Source: an uncultured Ruminococcus sp. (GTDB lineage Bacteria; Bacillota; Clostridia; Oscillospirales; Acutalibacteraceae). From it: DNA of 36,417 nucleotides. The translations under genes were made by a program, and so were the position numbers. The notes under the pieces were generated by a model, which saw only the letters and a program-made list of their open reading frames with translations, was not told where the DNA came from and made no database searches. Location of the stretch: NCBI GenBank assembly GCA_902773035.1, contig CACYDB010000008.1, positions 1-36,417 of the forward strand. The letters run 5' to 3'. Below, piece by piece: positions 1-8,765 of the stretch (its first letter is position 1; each line of letters begins with the position of its first letter).

Positions 1-429
1 CAGCTCGTCAACGATACCGATGAAGTCCTCGAGCGGACCGTCGATAATACGAACCGTATCCCCTACCTTGTAGTTAACCTCAACTACACGGCTTTCAACT
101 CCGAGTCTGTATACCTCCTCGTCTGTGAGAGGGACAGGCTTGGATGAGGGACCGACAAATCCCGTACATCCGCGGATATTGCGGACAACATACCAGGTCT
201 CGTCGGTATAAATCATTTTTACAAAAACGTAGCTCGGGAATATCTTGTGCTCGACTTCCTTGATCTTGCCGTCGTTATTCTCGGTTACGATTTCGGTTGG
301 AACTTTTACTTCCACAATCATATCCTGAAGTCCGCGGTTTTCAACCGTAGTCATCAGATCGTTGGCTACTTTGTTTTCGTAGCCGGAATAGGTATGAACA
401 ACATACCATTTAAGCGTTCCGTCTGCCAT
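1..429 (-). CDS. nusG: Transcription termination/antitermination factor NusG (3' end runs off the window)
   Basis: Not in the ORF track. ATG at 429 reads MADGTLKWYVVHTYSGYENKVA...KIFPSYVFVKM...VRNIRGCTGFVG...YKVGDTVRIIDGPLEDFIG. Lies directly downstream of secE. Confidence 0.97.
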   Translation of the reverse strand, partial: MADGTLKWYVVHTYSGYENKVANDLMTTVENRGLQDMIVEVKVPTEIVTENNDGKIKEVEHKIFPSYVFVKMIYTDETWYVVRNIRGCTGFVGPSSKPVPLTDEEVYRLGVESRVVEVNYKVGDTVRIIDGPLEDFIGIVDEL

Positions 430-470
430 TTGCTCTCGTCCTTTCGATTAGTAATGAAAAGAATTGAGCA

Positions 471-740
471 TCAAGTAGATGCGGTATTCATTACAAGTCC
501 GAGCAGAGCGTAAAGACCTCTGTCCAGAGCGAAAATGAACAAGCCCGCGACAATAATAACTACGAGTATAACGAAGAAGTTGCGTGTAGCTGTCTTGGGG
601 TTAGTCCAGGTGATCTTTTTGATCTCACCCTTGCACTCGCGAAGGTAACTCCAAACGCGTTTAAAAACGTTCTGCTTTTTGGCGTTCTTTTTGGCAGGCT
701 TCGCTGTTGCTTTCGCAGTCTTAGCATTCTTGTCAGCCAT
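471..740 (-). CDS. secE: Preprotein translocase subunit SecE
   Basis: YLRECKGEIKKITW motif followed by one TM helix; rpmG-secE-nusG synteny; GAGG RBS. Confidence 0.95.
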   Translation of the reverse strand: MADKNAKTAKATAKPAKKNAKKQNVFKRVWSYLRECKGEIKKITWTNPKTATRNFFVILVVIIVAGLFIFALDRGLYALLGLVMNTAST

Positions 741-752
741 TATTTACCTCCG

Positions 753-902
753 TTATTTTGTCTCTTTGTGAACAGTGTGCTTTCTACAGAACCTGCAATA
801 CTTGTTCATCTGAAGTCTGTCAGGGCTGTTCTTCTTGTTCTTCATTGTGTTGTAGTTACGCTGTTTACATTCTGTACAAGCCAAAGTTATTTTAACTCTC
901 AT
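753..902 (-). CDS. rpmG: 50S ribosomal protein L33 (Zn-binding C+ form, 49 aa)
   Basis: [17 protein letters not shown]...[25 protein letters not shown] before ATG at 902; the ORF-track start at 1067 is over-extended. Confidence 0.98.
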   Translation of the reverse strand: MRVKITLACTECKQRNYNTMKNKKNSPDRLQMNKYCRFCRKHTVHKETK

Positions 903-1038
903 GACGGCACCTCCCGTATTATTTACTAAACCTTGTTTAGTAGTAGGAATAAAATTAGCCTCCCTCAAAGGCGCTGATTTTTCTCCCGCAGCACACAGCA
1001 GGACGCAAAAAAATAAGCCCCTTATACGAGGTAACAAT

Positions 1039-1067
1039 ATGTTACCATATAAAGAGCTTAAAGTCAA
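1039..1067 (-). promoter_or_regulatory. SigA-type promoter of rpmG-secE-nusG
   Basis: TTGACT-17 bp-TAACAT with TG extension on the minus strand. Confidence 0.6.
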
Positions 1068-1122
1068 GTGTTTTTCTGCTGTTTTTTAAATAATATCCTT
1101 AAAAAACGTCATTTTGTAATAT

Positions 1123-1926
1123 TTACTGCTTTGCCTGGAGTCTCTGAACCATTGAGGTTTTCTTTTTCTTGGGCTTTTCGGGCTTTACCTTCTTGCCCTT
1201 GAACTTGAGCGCCGCCTTTGAAGCCTTCTTGAGATCGTCGTCGAGGAACTCGGCTACGCTCTCGTACTTATCGTCGGGAACAGAGTTTAAGATTACGATA
1301 GTTATGATCGAGCGTGTATCGGCGTCGCCGTTGGCGTACTGAGTATTGAGAAGCTGACAGAGCTTTTCGATATCCTTCTTATTACCGGAGGCTACAACGT
1401 TGTTGAACTTGGGAACAACGCTTGCTCTGAAAAAGGTTACGGAACGGAAGGGATAGTAGCAATCCTCCTCGTTCTTGATTTCATCCTTGAGCTCGGGAAA
1501 ATAAGTTACGAAACGCTTTGAGAGGAACAGCGGATCGGCGTTGCCCTCATCATCGCCCTTCTTCTTCTTTTTCTTTGTGGTTTTGAGACGCTTTACGGCT
1601 GTGGCGCCTGAGCAGTTCTCAACAAAGTCGTTGGCGATAGAATCGGCTTCCTTCTGAGTATCGTTGTCGGGATCGAACATCCATGTCGCGAGCACACGCC
1701 AGTTATTGTCGGGACCGTCCTCGGTCATAGCGCAGTGGCGCATAACCATATGCTGCTTATCAATAAAATAGACAACTGAGTACGCGCTGTTCTCGGAAGT
1801 ATAGAGAGAAACGAGCTCGTTGTCATTTCCGCTTATCTTCTGCTTTGTAAAGCCCTGAGGCTTTAAGGTTTCCTCAACCTTTTCGCAGATACCGTTGAAT
1901 ACAACTTTTATATCCAAAATAATCAT
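1123..1926 (-). CDS. Hypothetical cytoplasmic protein, two domains joined by a Lys-rich linker
   Basis: 267-aa ORF with host-like codon usage and its own consensus promoter. The true start may be the TTG a few codons in, given the AAAGGA spacing. Confidence 0.8.
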   Translation of the reverse strand: MIILDIKVVFNGICEKVEETLKPQGFTKQKISGNDNELVSLYTSENSAYSVVYFIDKQHMVMRHCAMTEDGPDNNWRVLATWMFDPDNDTQKEADSIANDFVENCSGATAVKRLKTTKKKKKKGDDEGNADPLFLSKRFVTYFPELKDEIKNEEDCYYPFRSVTFFRASVVPKFNNVVASGNKKDIEKLCQLLNTQYANGDADTRSIITIVILNSVPDDKYESVAEFLDDDLKKASKAALKFKGKKVKPEKPKKKKTSMVQRLQAKQ

Positions 1927-1948
1927 TCCTTTTTACGTAGATACAGAC

Positions 1949-1977
1949 ATTATACAATTATTATATCTATTTGTCAA
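1949..1977 (-). promoter_or_regulatory. SigA promoter
   Basis: Perfect TTGACA-17-TATAAT on the minus strand. Confidence 0.8.
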
Positions 1978-1985
1978 ACAAAAGC

Positions 1986-3854
1986 TTACTTCTTCCCCTT
2001 CTTTTTACGGGAATACTTTTTGTACTTGTTCTTCCTGTTATAATCCTTTTGCGGTTTAAAATCCTTTGGCGCGGTGACAAGACAGTTTTTGCCGTTTCCT
2101 GCGAGGTTCAGCCTGCCCGTCCTTTTTAGAGCCTTCAGCACAAGGTCGCGGTTTTTCGGTATGAAATACTGCATCAGCGCGCGCTGCATAGCCTTCTCGT
2201 CGGGAGATCTCGGAACATAGACCTCCTCGAGCGTGTACGGGTCAAGCCCCGTGTAAAACATCGCGGTCGAGATCGTCGCGGGAGTCGGATAAAAATCCTG
2301 AACCTGCTCGGGATGGATTTTCTCTTTTTTGAGGAACACCGCCAGATCCACCGCGTCATTGAGAGTACAGCCCGGGTGGGAGCTCATAAGGTAAGGAACT
2401 ATGTACTGCTCCTTTCCCGCCTGCTTTGTGGCGGCGTAAAACTTTTCGGAGAATATTTTATACGCTTCAATATGCGGCTTGCCCATTTTATCAAGCACCG
2501 CCTGCGAGCAGTGCTCGGGAGCTACGCGAAGCTGTCCGCTGACGTGATACCTGACGAGCTCGTCAAGAAATTCTCCGCTCCCGTCGGCGAGAAAATAATC
2601 ATATCGGATACCGCTGCGAATAAATACGCGCTTGATCCCGTCGAGCTTTCTCAGCTTCCTTAATAAATGTATATAGTCGCTGTGATCGGCATTGAGATTT
2701 TTGCAGGGCTCGGGAGCGAGACATTTCCTGTTTTTGCAAAGCCCGTGCTCCCTCTGAAAATCGCAGGAAGGTATGCGGAAATTCGCCGTAGGTCCTCCGA
2801 CGTCGCTGATGTAGCCCTTGAATCGCGGATTCTTAGTAAAGCTCTTCGCTTCCTCGATTACGCTCTCCTCACTCCTGACGGTAACGGCTCTGCCCTGATG
2901 GAAAGCCAGAGAACAGAAGTTGCACGCTCCGAAGCAACCTCGGTTGTGAGTGATCGAAAACTCTACCTCCGAAATCCGGGGAACTCCGCCGAGCTCCTCA
3001 TAGCAGGGCGGATAATAACGCTCGTACGGCAGAGAGTAAACCCAATCGAGCTGCTCTGTGTTCAGCGGAGGCATCGGCGGATTCTGAACAAGAATGTATT
3101 TGCCGTGGCGCTGAATCATCTTTCGTCCGCGAACGGCGTCAGCTTCCTCGAGCTCCTTTCTCGCGGCGACGGCGTAGTCGCGCTTACTCTCGCTGACGCG
3201 CTCGAAGCTCGGCAAATCGACGACCGACTCGGGTACGTAATCCTTAGTGGCGATTTTGTAGCAGATACCGCGAATATCGCGCAGCGCTTCAAGCGGCAGA
3301 CCCTTGTTGAGCCTGTCGGCGATCTCTATTGTTTGCAGCTCGCCCATTCCGTAAGAAAGAATGTCGGCTTTACTGTCAAAAAGCACAGAGGGCATAACCC
3401 TGTCAAGCCAGTAGTCATAGTGCGCGAAGCGTCTGAGCGAAGCTTCAAGTCCGCCGATGATCACGGGAGAGTCGGGGTAAAGTCTTTTTATTATATTGGA
3501 ATACACGGTTACTGCGCGGTCGGGACGCTTACCCGATTTACCTCCTGCGGTATAGGCGTCGTCGGAACGCTTACGCTTGGCGACGGTGTAATGCGCGACC
3601 ATACTGTCGATATTGCCCGCGCTGACAAAGAACGCCAGTCTCGGCTTACCGAACTGAGTAAAATCTCTGTCGGACTTCCAGTCGGGCTGAGCGAGGAAGG
3701 CTACCCTGTAGCCCTTCGCCTCCAGCACACGCGTGATAATAGCCGCGCCGAAGGACGGGTGGTCAACATAGCTGTCGCCGCACACGTAGACAAAGTCCAC
3801 GTAATCCCATCCGCGTTCCTTAACCTCTTTAATTGTCATAGGTAGATATGACAT
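1986..3854 (-). CDS. YgiQ family radical SAM protein (UPF0313)
   Basis: N-terminal GDSYVDHPSFG, CFGACNFC (CxxxCxxC), DVGGPTANF and QVQDFYPTP motifs. Confidence 0.93.
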   Translation of the reverse strand: MSYLPMTIKEVKERGWDYVDFVYVCGDSYVDHPSFGAAIITRVLEAKGYRVAFLAQPDWKSDRDFTQFGKPRLAFFVSAGNIDSMVAHYTVAKRKRSDDAYTAGGKSGKRPDRAVTVYSNIIKRLYPDSPVIIGGLEASLRRFAHYDYWLDRVMPSVLFDSKADILSYGMGELQTIEIADRLNKGLPLEALRDIRGICYKIATKDYVPESVVDLPSFERVSESKRDYAVAARKELEEADAVRGRKMIQRHGKYILVQNPPMPPLNTEQLDWVYSLPYERYYPPCYEELGGVPRISEVEFSITHNRGCFGACNFCSLAFHQGRAVTVRSEESVIEEAKSFTKNPRFKGYISDVGGPTANFRIPSCDFQREHGLCKNRKCLAPEPCKNLNADHSDYIHLLRKLRKLDGIKRVFIRSGIRYDYFLADGSGEFLDELVRYHVSGQLRVAPEHCSQAVLDKMGKPHIEAYKIFSEKFYAATKQAGKEQYIVPYLMSSHPGCTLNDAVDLAVFLKKEKIHPEQVQDFYPTPATISTAMFYTGLDPYTLEEVYVPRSPDEKAMQRALMQYFIPKNRDLVLKALKRTGRLNLAGNGKNCLVTAPKDFKPQKDYNRKNKYKKYSRKKKGKK

Positions 3855-3877
3855 AGTTTTTCCCCTATATAAAACCG

Positions 3878-3901
3878 GTACCCCTTATATAAAAGGGGTA
3901 C
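3878..3901 (-). terminator. Hairpin between ftsK and the ygiQ-like gene (weak terminator or processing site)
   Basis: GTACCCCTT/AAGGGGTAC inverted repeat followed by CGGTTTT on the minus strand. Confidence 0.5.
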
Positions 3902-3913
3902 ATTTTCGATTAA

Positions 3914-6472
3914 TTACTCGTTACCGAGATTATTGCTTCTCTCCAGCCACTCGCTGTAGGTCATAATAACCTCACGCGGCTTTGAGCCCTGATGAGGTCC
4001 TACAATTCCGAGCTGTTCCATATCGTCGATCATCCGTCCGGCTCTGGCGTAGCCAACCTTCATCCTGCGCTGGAGCATTGAGGTGGAAGCCTGTCCCGCC
4101 TCAATAACGATCTTGATAGCCTCTTCCATTTTGCTGTCAACGTCAACTCCGTCGGAATCGCCCGAGGATTTTTCGCCGTTGAGCTCCTCGGCGGCTATGC
4201 GCTTGATCTTCTCCTCGATCTCCTCGTTATACTGAGCGGAGTAGGATTTCTTGACATAGCTTGTTACGGCGCCGATTTCCTCCTCGGTCGCGTAACAGCC
4301 CTGAACTCTGGTCGGAGTAGGCGCTCCAACAGGCATATAGAGCATATCGCCTCGTCCGATAAGCTTCTCCGCGCCGCCGGTGTCGAGAATGATTCTCGAG
4401 TCCATATTGGAGCCTACCTTCAGCGCGATACGGCTCGGAACGTTCGACTTGATAAGACCCGTGATGACATTCGCGGTCGGTCGCTGGGTAGCGATAACAA
4501 GGTGCATACCCGCGGCTCTGGCGAGCTGAGCGAGACGGACGATACTGTCCTCGACCTCGCTGGGAGCCGTCATCATAAGGTCGGCGAGCTCGTCTATAGC
4601 GATAACGATTCGCGGAAGCTTTTCGCACGCTACGGGAAGGCCGTTGATTTCAAGCTTAGGCTGAACCATTTCGCCGTTTTCATCCTCATAGGGCGGATTG
4701 TCAGCCATATATTCAAGGTTGGACTCGATAAGCTTGTTGTAGCCCTCGATGTCCTTGCAGTCAAACTCGGCGAAGCGCTTATATCTGTCCTGCATTTCCG
4801 ATACCGCCCAAGCCAGAGTACCCGCCGCCTTTTTAGCGTCGGAAACAACAGGCACAAGCAGGTGAGGTACGCCCTTGTACTTTGAGAACTCAACCATTTT
4901 GGGATCTATAAGCACAAGCTTTACCTCGTCGGGATTAGCCTTGAAAAGAATACTGATAAGCAGTGAGTTTACGCAGACGGATTTACCCGAGCCCGTAGTA
5001 CCCGCGATAAGCAGGTGAGGGAGCTTTGCGATATCCGTGGTAATGATGTTGCCCGCGATATCCCTGCCCAGAACGCAGGTGAGCTTACTCTTGCTGTTCT
5101 CAAACTCATCCGAGTCAATGAGCTCGCGGATGCTTACCATACTTACGATCTTATTAGGAACCTCGATTCCGACAGCCGCCTTGCCCGGAATCGGAGCCTC
5201 AATACGTATGCCGTTAGCGGCAAGATTAAGGGCGATATCGTCGGAGAGGTTTGTAATTTTATTGATTTTTACGCCCGGCGCGGGATGGAGCTCATAACGC
5301 GTAACGGAAGGTCCGCGCGAGATATGAGTGATAGTCGCCCCTACGCCGAAGCTCTCGAGAGTGGAGATAAGCTTCTGAGCGTTGGCGCGCATTTCCTCGT
5401 CGCCGTCTACGCCTGAGTTATCGGCGATTTTAAGAAGTCCAACGGGCGGATACTTGTACTCGCCGCGCTGAGTTGTATCAGTTTCAGCTGATTTCTGAGC
5501 CGCCTTTTTACGAGGCTTGTTCTTAAAGGAAACGATCTCAGGCTCCGAGGAGTCCTCGGTATAGTCCATCTTGGCGGCGTTGACCGCCGCGGTAAAGTCG
5601 GTTTTTTCCTTCTTAGGAGTCGGCTTGCGGTCGTCGCCGATGTCAATGTCTATACTGCTTCTCCTGCGGGGAGGCTTTTTCTTTTTCTTCTTTGAGCTTG
5701 AATCCAGCGGAATGTCGATCTCGCCGTCAAAGCTCTTGCCCGTGTAATCCGTGATTTCGTAACCGCCCGCGTTATTATCGCCGCCGTCGTCATATTCACG
5801 CCTTCTGCGGCGGTATTCTTCCGTACGCTCGTAAACGTCCGTAACGCCTTTTCCAACGCGCTTAGCCGCTCTGCCGATATCGTTGAGCGACACCTTGAAG
5901 ATAATCAAAATCAAGGCGATAAGCACAACAAATACCACGCATACTGCCGCGACCTGACCGAAGGCGATAAGGATCGGATAACCGATAATTCCGCTGAACA
6001 AGCCTCCGCCCGCCGCGAAATATGAATCTGCGTTGAAGCCGTCCGCGAACAGATTGCTCATAGCGCGGAAGAAATTTCCGTCGAGATAATGACGGCTGTC
6101 GGGACTCAACAGATAAACCGCGCTTTCAGCGAGTAAAACAATAAGCGCGCAGGTTAGAACCTTTGTCTTGAAATGCGCGATGTTTTTCTCGATCGCGGTT
6201 ATAAAGGCGAGGTACGCGAAAACGATCGGCATAAGTATGATACATACGCCGAAAAGTCCGTAAAACACGCCGCGGATAAAGGACCATACGCTCGCGCCCT
6301 GAACGATCACGATAACCATCGAGAGTATCGCCGCCGCGGCGTAGATAATCGCCTCTACCCTGTAATTACGCTGTCGCGGCTCCCTGACCTTAGCCTTGGA
6401 GCTTTTAGCGGGAGCCTTTGAGCGCGTATTTTTTTTACCCTTTGAAGCAGGTTTCTTTTTCGTATTAGCCAA
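3914..6472 (-). CDS. ftsK: DNA translocase FtsK/SpoIIIE
   Basis: N-terminal TM helices, HLLIAGTTGSGKS Walker A, IDELADLMM, ATQRP and a C-terminal gamma domain (STSMLQRRMKVGYARAGR). TTG start. Confidence 0.96.
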   Translation of the reverse strand: MANTKKKPASKGKKNTRSKAPAKSSKAKVREPRQRNYRVEAIIYAAAAILSMVIVIVQGASVWSFIRGVFYGLFGVCIILMPIVFAYLAFITAIEKNIAHFKTKVLTCALIVLLAESAVYLLSPDSRHYLDGNFFRAMSNLFADGFNADSYFAAGGGLFSGIIGYPILIAFGQVAAVCVVFVVLIALILIIFKVSLNDIGRAAKRVGKGVTDVYERTEEYRRRRREYDDGGDNNAGGYEITDYTGKSFDGEIDIPLDSSSKKKKKKPPRRRSSIDIDIGDDRKPTPKKEKTDFTAAVNAAKMDYTEDSSEPEIVSFKNKPRKKAAQKSAETDTTQRGEYKYPPVGLLKIADNSGVDGDEEMRANAQKLISTLESFGVGATITHISRGPSVTRYELHPAPGVKINKITNLSDDIALNLAANGIRIEAPIPGKAAVGIEVPNKIVSMVSIRELIDSDEFENSKSKLTCVLGRDIAGNIITTDIAKLPHLLIAGTTGSGKSVCVNSLLISILFKANPDEVKLVLIDPKMVEFSKYKGVPHLLVPVVSDAKKAAGTLAWAVSEMQDRYKRFAEFDCKDIEGYNKLIESNLEYMADNPPYEDENGEMVQPKLEINGLPVACEKLPRIVIAIDELADLMMTAPSEVEDSIVRLAQLARAAGMHLVIATQRPTANVITGLIKSNVPSRIALKVGSNMDSRIILDTGGAEKLIGRGDMLYMPVGAPTPTRVQGCYATEEEIGAVTSYVKKSYSAQYNEEIEEKIKRIAAEELNGEKSSGDSDGVDVDSKMEEAIKIVIEAGQASTSMLQRRMKVGYARAGRMIDDMEQLGIVGPHQGSKPREVIMTYSEWLERSNNLGNE

Positions 6473-6501
6473 TTTTTCACTTCCAAATTTTCAGCAATGT
6501 G

Positions 6502-7446
6502 TTAAACAAAGCTTACAAATGAACCCGTTGTCATTTCATATACGCTTATAATAGTTACCGTGACACCGACAAGGAAGGTGTAGATTACAAAAACAATCAT
6601 CTTATCGGTCTTTAAGAGCCACTTGAACAGCCAGATCGCCAAGTAGCCGACAATCGCCGCCGCGAGTACGCCGCAGGCTACGGCTATGAGCGTTTCGCTG
6701 TTGATTGCAGATGTATCGACATCCTTGATTTCAAGAATTGCCGCCGCGATGATAGACGGTATTCCGAGGATAAAGGTGTAATCGAGAGCCGCCTGCTTGT
6801 TGATTCCGCGCATCTCGCCGACCGCGAGAGTTGTACCTGAGCGTGAAAGTCCGGGGAACAGCGCCGCGAAGCACTGACCGATACCTACGACAATCGCGTC
6901 CAGAATACCGTAACGCGTTCTGCCGTTGCCCTCATACTCGTCACTCGTATCCTTGAAGCGCTTACCCTTTGCGGCGCGCTTATTGCAGATATTACCGATA
7001 AGCAGAAGCATACTTGTCATAATGAGCGAGAAGCCCACAACGATAAAATACTTGCTTTCCGCGAACATATCAGCCAGATCCTTGACCTTCATATCCGTAC
7101 CGGGAATCGGCGCGAACAGCAGGAACAGCGGAATCAGACCGATAATAAGCATAACGATAAGATTACGGTCGTTATCCATTTTTTTCCAGCTGAATTTGCC
7201 CGTAAAGACATCCTTGATCAGTGAGAAGAACGCCTTGATAAGTCTCCAGATGAGCTTATGATAGAAAATCACAACCGCGAGCAGCGTGCCTAAATGGAGC
7301 ATTACGTCGAGGAAAAGTCCTCCGTCCTCCATGCCCATAAGGTGCTGAGCGATGTTGAGATGGCCGCTGCTCGACACAGGCAGGAACTCGGTAAGTCCCT
7401 GAATAACGCCGAGTATAACGTCCTGAATAATTTGTGTAGCCAGCAT
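6502..7446 (-). CDS. uppP: Undecaprenyl-diphosphate phosphatase
   Basis: QGLTEFLPVSSSGH and PGLSRSG motifs; GGAGGT RBS before ATG at 7446. Confidence 0.95.
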   Translation of the reverse strand: MLATQIIQDVILGVIQGLTEFLPVSSSGHLNIAQHLMGMEDGGLFLDVMLHLGTLLAVVIFYHKLIWRLIKAFFSLIKDVFTGKFSWKKMDNDRNLIVMLIIGLIPLFLLFAPIPGTDMKVKDLADMFAESKYFIVVGFSLIMTSMLLLIGNICNKRAAKGKRFKDTSDEYEGNGRTRYGILDAIVVGIGQCFAALFPGLSRSGTTLAVGEMRGINKQAALDYTFILGIPSIIAAAILEIKDVDTSAINSETLIAVACGVLAAAIVGYLAIWLFKWLLKTDKMIVFVIYTFLVGVTVTIISVYEMTTGSFVSFV

Positions 7447-7447
7447 A

Positions 7448-7717
7448 CTATACCTCCAAATTTGTATTTTCCTCCGCTTCTTCCTCGTCGTCACCTCCGC
7501 GGGCAAACACCGCGAAGATTATTCCGATAACCGCCAGCGCCGTTGAACACAGCGCCATAACAAGAGTGACGTTTCCTGTTGTAAACAGGAAGCCACCGGG
7601 CATCGGCAGGAGCATCATAGCGAAGCACATCACGAGAGCCGCGATCAAAAGTAACACGACTATCGGGACAATAATAATCATTGCTTTTTGAAATCTTGAG
7701 TATTTTTTAACTTTCAT
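7448..7717 (-). CDS. Small 2-TM membrane protein with acidic tail (89 aa)
   Basis: GAGGA RBS, ATGA-type overlap with the upstream ORF, two hydrophobic helices. Confidence 0.75.
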   Translation of the reverse strand: MKVKKYSRFQKAMIIIVPIVVLLLIAALVMCFAMMLLPMPGGFLFTTGNVTLVMALCSTALAVIGIIFAVFARGGDDEEEAEENTNLEV

Positions 7718-7920
7718 TTGTTTATCCTCACCTTGCTTAGACAAGCGCAAACAATTCCCGCAACTGCGACGAATGCCGAAGCCGCCGCGATAGCCACGAC
7801 AACAGCCTGTTCATCGCCTAGAGCCGCGTGCAGTATCATCGCCGTCACCAGCATAAGAAAGCTCACAGCGAAGATTATCAGCGCGGCGTAACGGAGAGTT
7901 TTTCTTTCCTTCATATTCAT
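7714..7920 (-). CDS. Small 2-TM membrane protein (68 aa)
   Basis: ATGA overlap with the rsmA stop, GGAGG RBS, two hydrophobic helices. Confidence 0.7.
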   Translation of the reverse strand: MNMKERKTLRYAALIIFAVSFLMLVTAMILHAALGDEQAVVVAIAAASAFVAVAGIVCACLSKVRINK

Positions 7921-8765
7921 AACCTCCGCGCGATATTTACAAAGTCGTCCATAGTAAGCTTCTCAGCGCGAGCCCGCGGATCAACTCCGCTATCTAATAA
8001 TAACCCATTTACGACCTGTTTTTCAAGTCCTAATGATGAACTTATTGAATTTAATACGGTTTTTCTTCTCTGAGCGAACGACGCCTTTACAACCGTAAAG
8101 AATTTTTTATCGTCGTCGAGGCTGTAGGGAGATTCGGAATAGACCTCCAGCCTGATAACCGCTGAGTCAACCTTCGGCGCGGGCATAAACGATCCCGCGC
8201 TGACGTTAAACAGGAGCTCGGGCTTGCTGTAAAAGTTCACAGCCGCCGTTACCGCTCCGCCCTCACGAGTGCCGACCTCAGCGCAGATACGCTGAGCCGC
8301 CTCCTTCTGAACCATAACGGTGATAGCCTTGATCCTCAGCCTGTCCTCGAGCAGCTTCATAATCACGGGAGAGGTGATGTAATACGGCAGATTGGCGCAT
8401 ACAACAACATCCATTCCCGTAAACTCCTCCTCGATCAGACGGTTGAGGTCGAGGTTCATAACGTCGTCGTTGATAATTGTGAGGTTATCGTATTCGCCGA
8501 GCGTTTCGTCAAGCACGGGCAAAAGCCGCTTGTCGATCTCGATCGACACTACTCTGTCGGCGCGCTCGCACAGCTCCTGAGTCAGAACTCCGATCCCGGC
8601 GCCGATTTCGATAACGCCTACGCCCTCTCCCGCGCCGCTGAGCTCAGCCATACGCGGACATACAGAGGGATTGATCAGAAAGTTCTGTCCCAGTCCCTTT
8701 GAAAAGCTGAAGCCGTGACGACCGAGAATTTCTTTAATTGTACCGATGTCAGACAGTCTTTTCAC
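7917..8765 (-). CDS. rsmA: 16S rRNA (adenine1518/1519-N6)-dimethyltransferase
   Basis: KGLGQNFL, EIGAGIG, ANLPYYIT and PAPKVDS motifs; GTGA overlap with the upstream gene. Confidence 0.97.
   Translation of the reverse strand: MKRLSDIGTIKEILGRHGFSFSKGLGQNFLINPSVCPRMAELSGAGEGVGVIEIGAGIGVLTQELCERADRVVSIEIDKRLLPVLDETLGEYDNLTIINDDVMNLDLNRLIEEEFTGMDVVVCANLPYYITSPVIMKLLEDRLRIKAITVMVQKEAAQRICAEVGTREGGAVTAAVNFYSKPELLFNVSAGSFMPAPKVDSAVIRLEVYSESPYSLDDDKKFFTVVKASFAQRRKTVLNSISSSLGLEKQVVNGLLLDSGVDPRARAEKLTMDDFVNIARRL

Noticed and set aside
2667-3845. Long + strand ORFs (392 aa here; also 18949-19845, 17654-18343, 28826-29494, and 32621-33571 on -)
   Set aside because: They lie antisense to well-supported genes, lack an RBS or recognisable motifs, and are expected shadows of biased codon usage.
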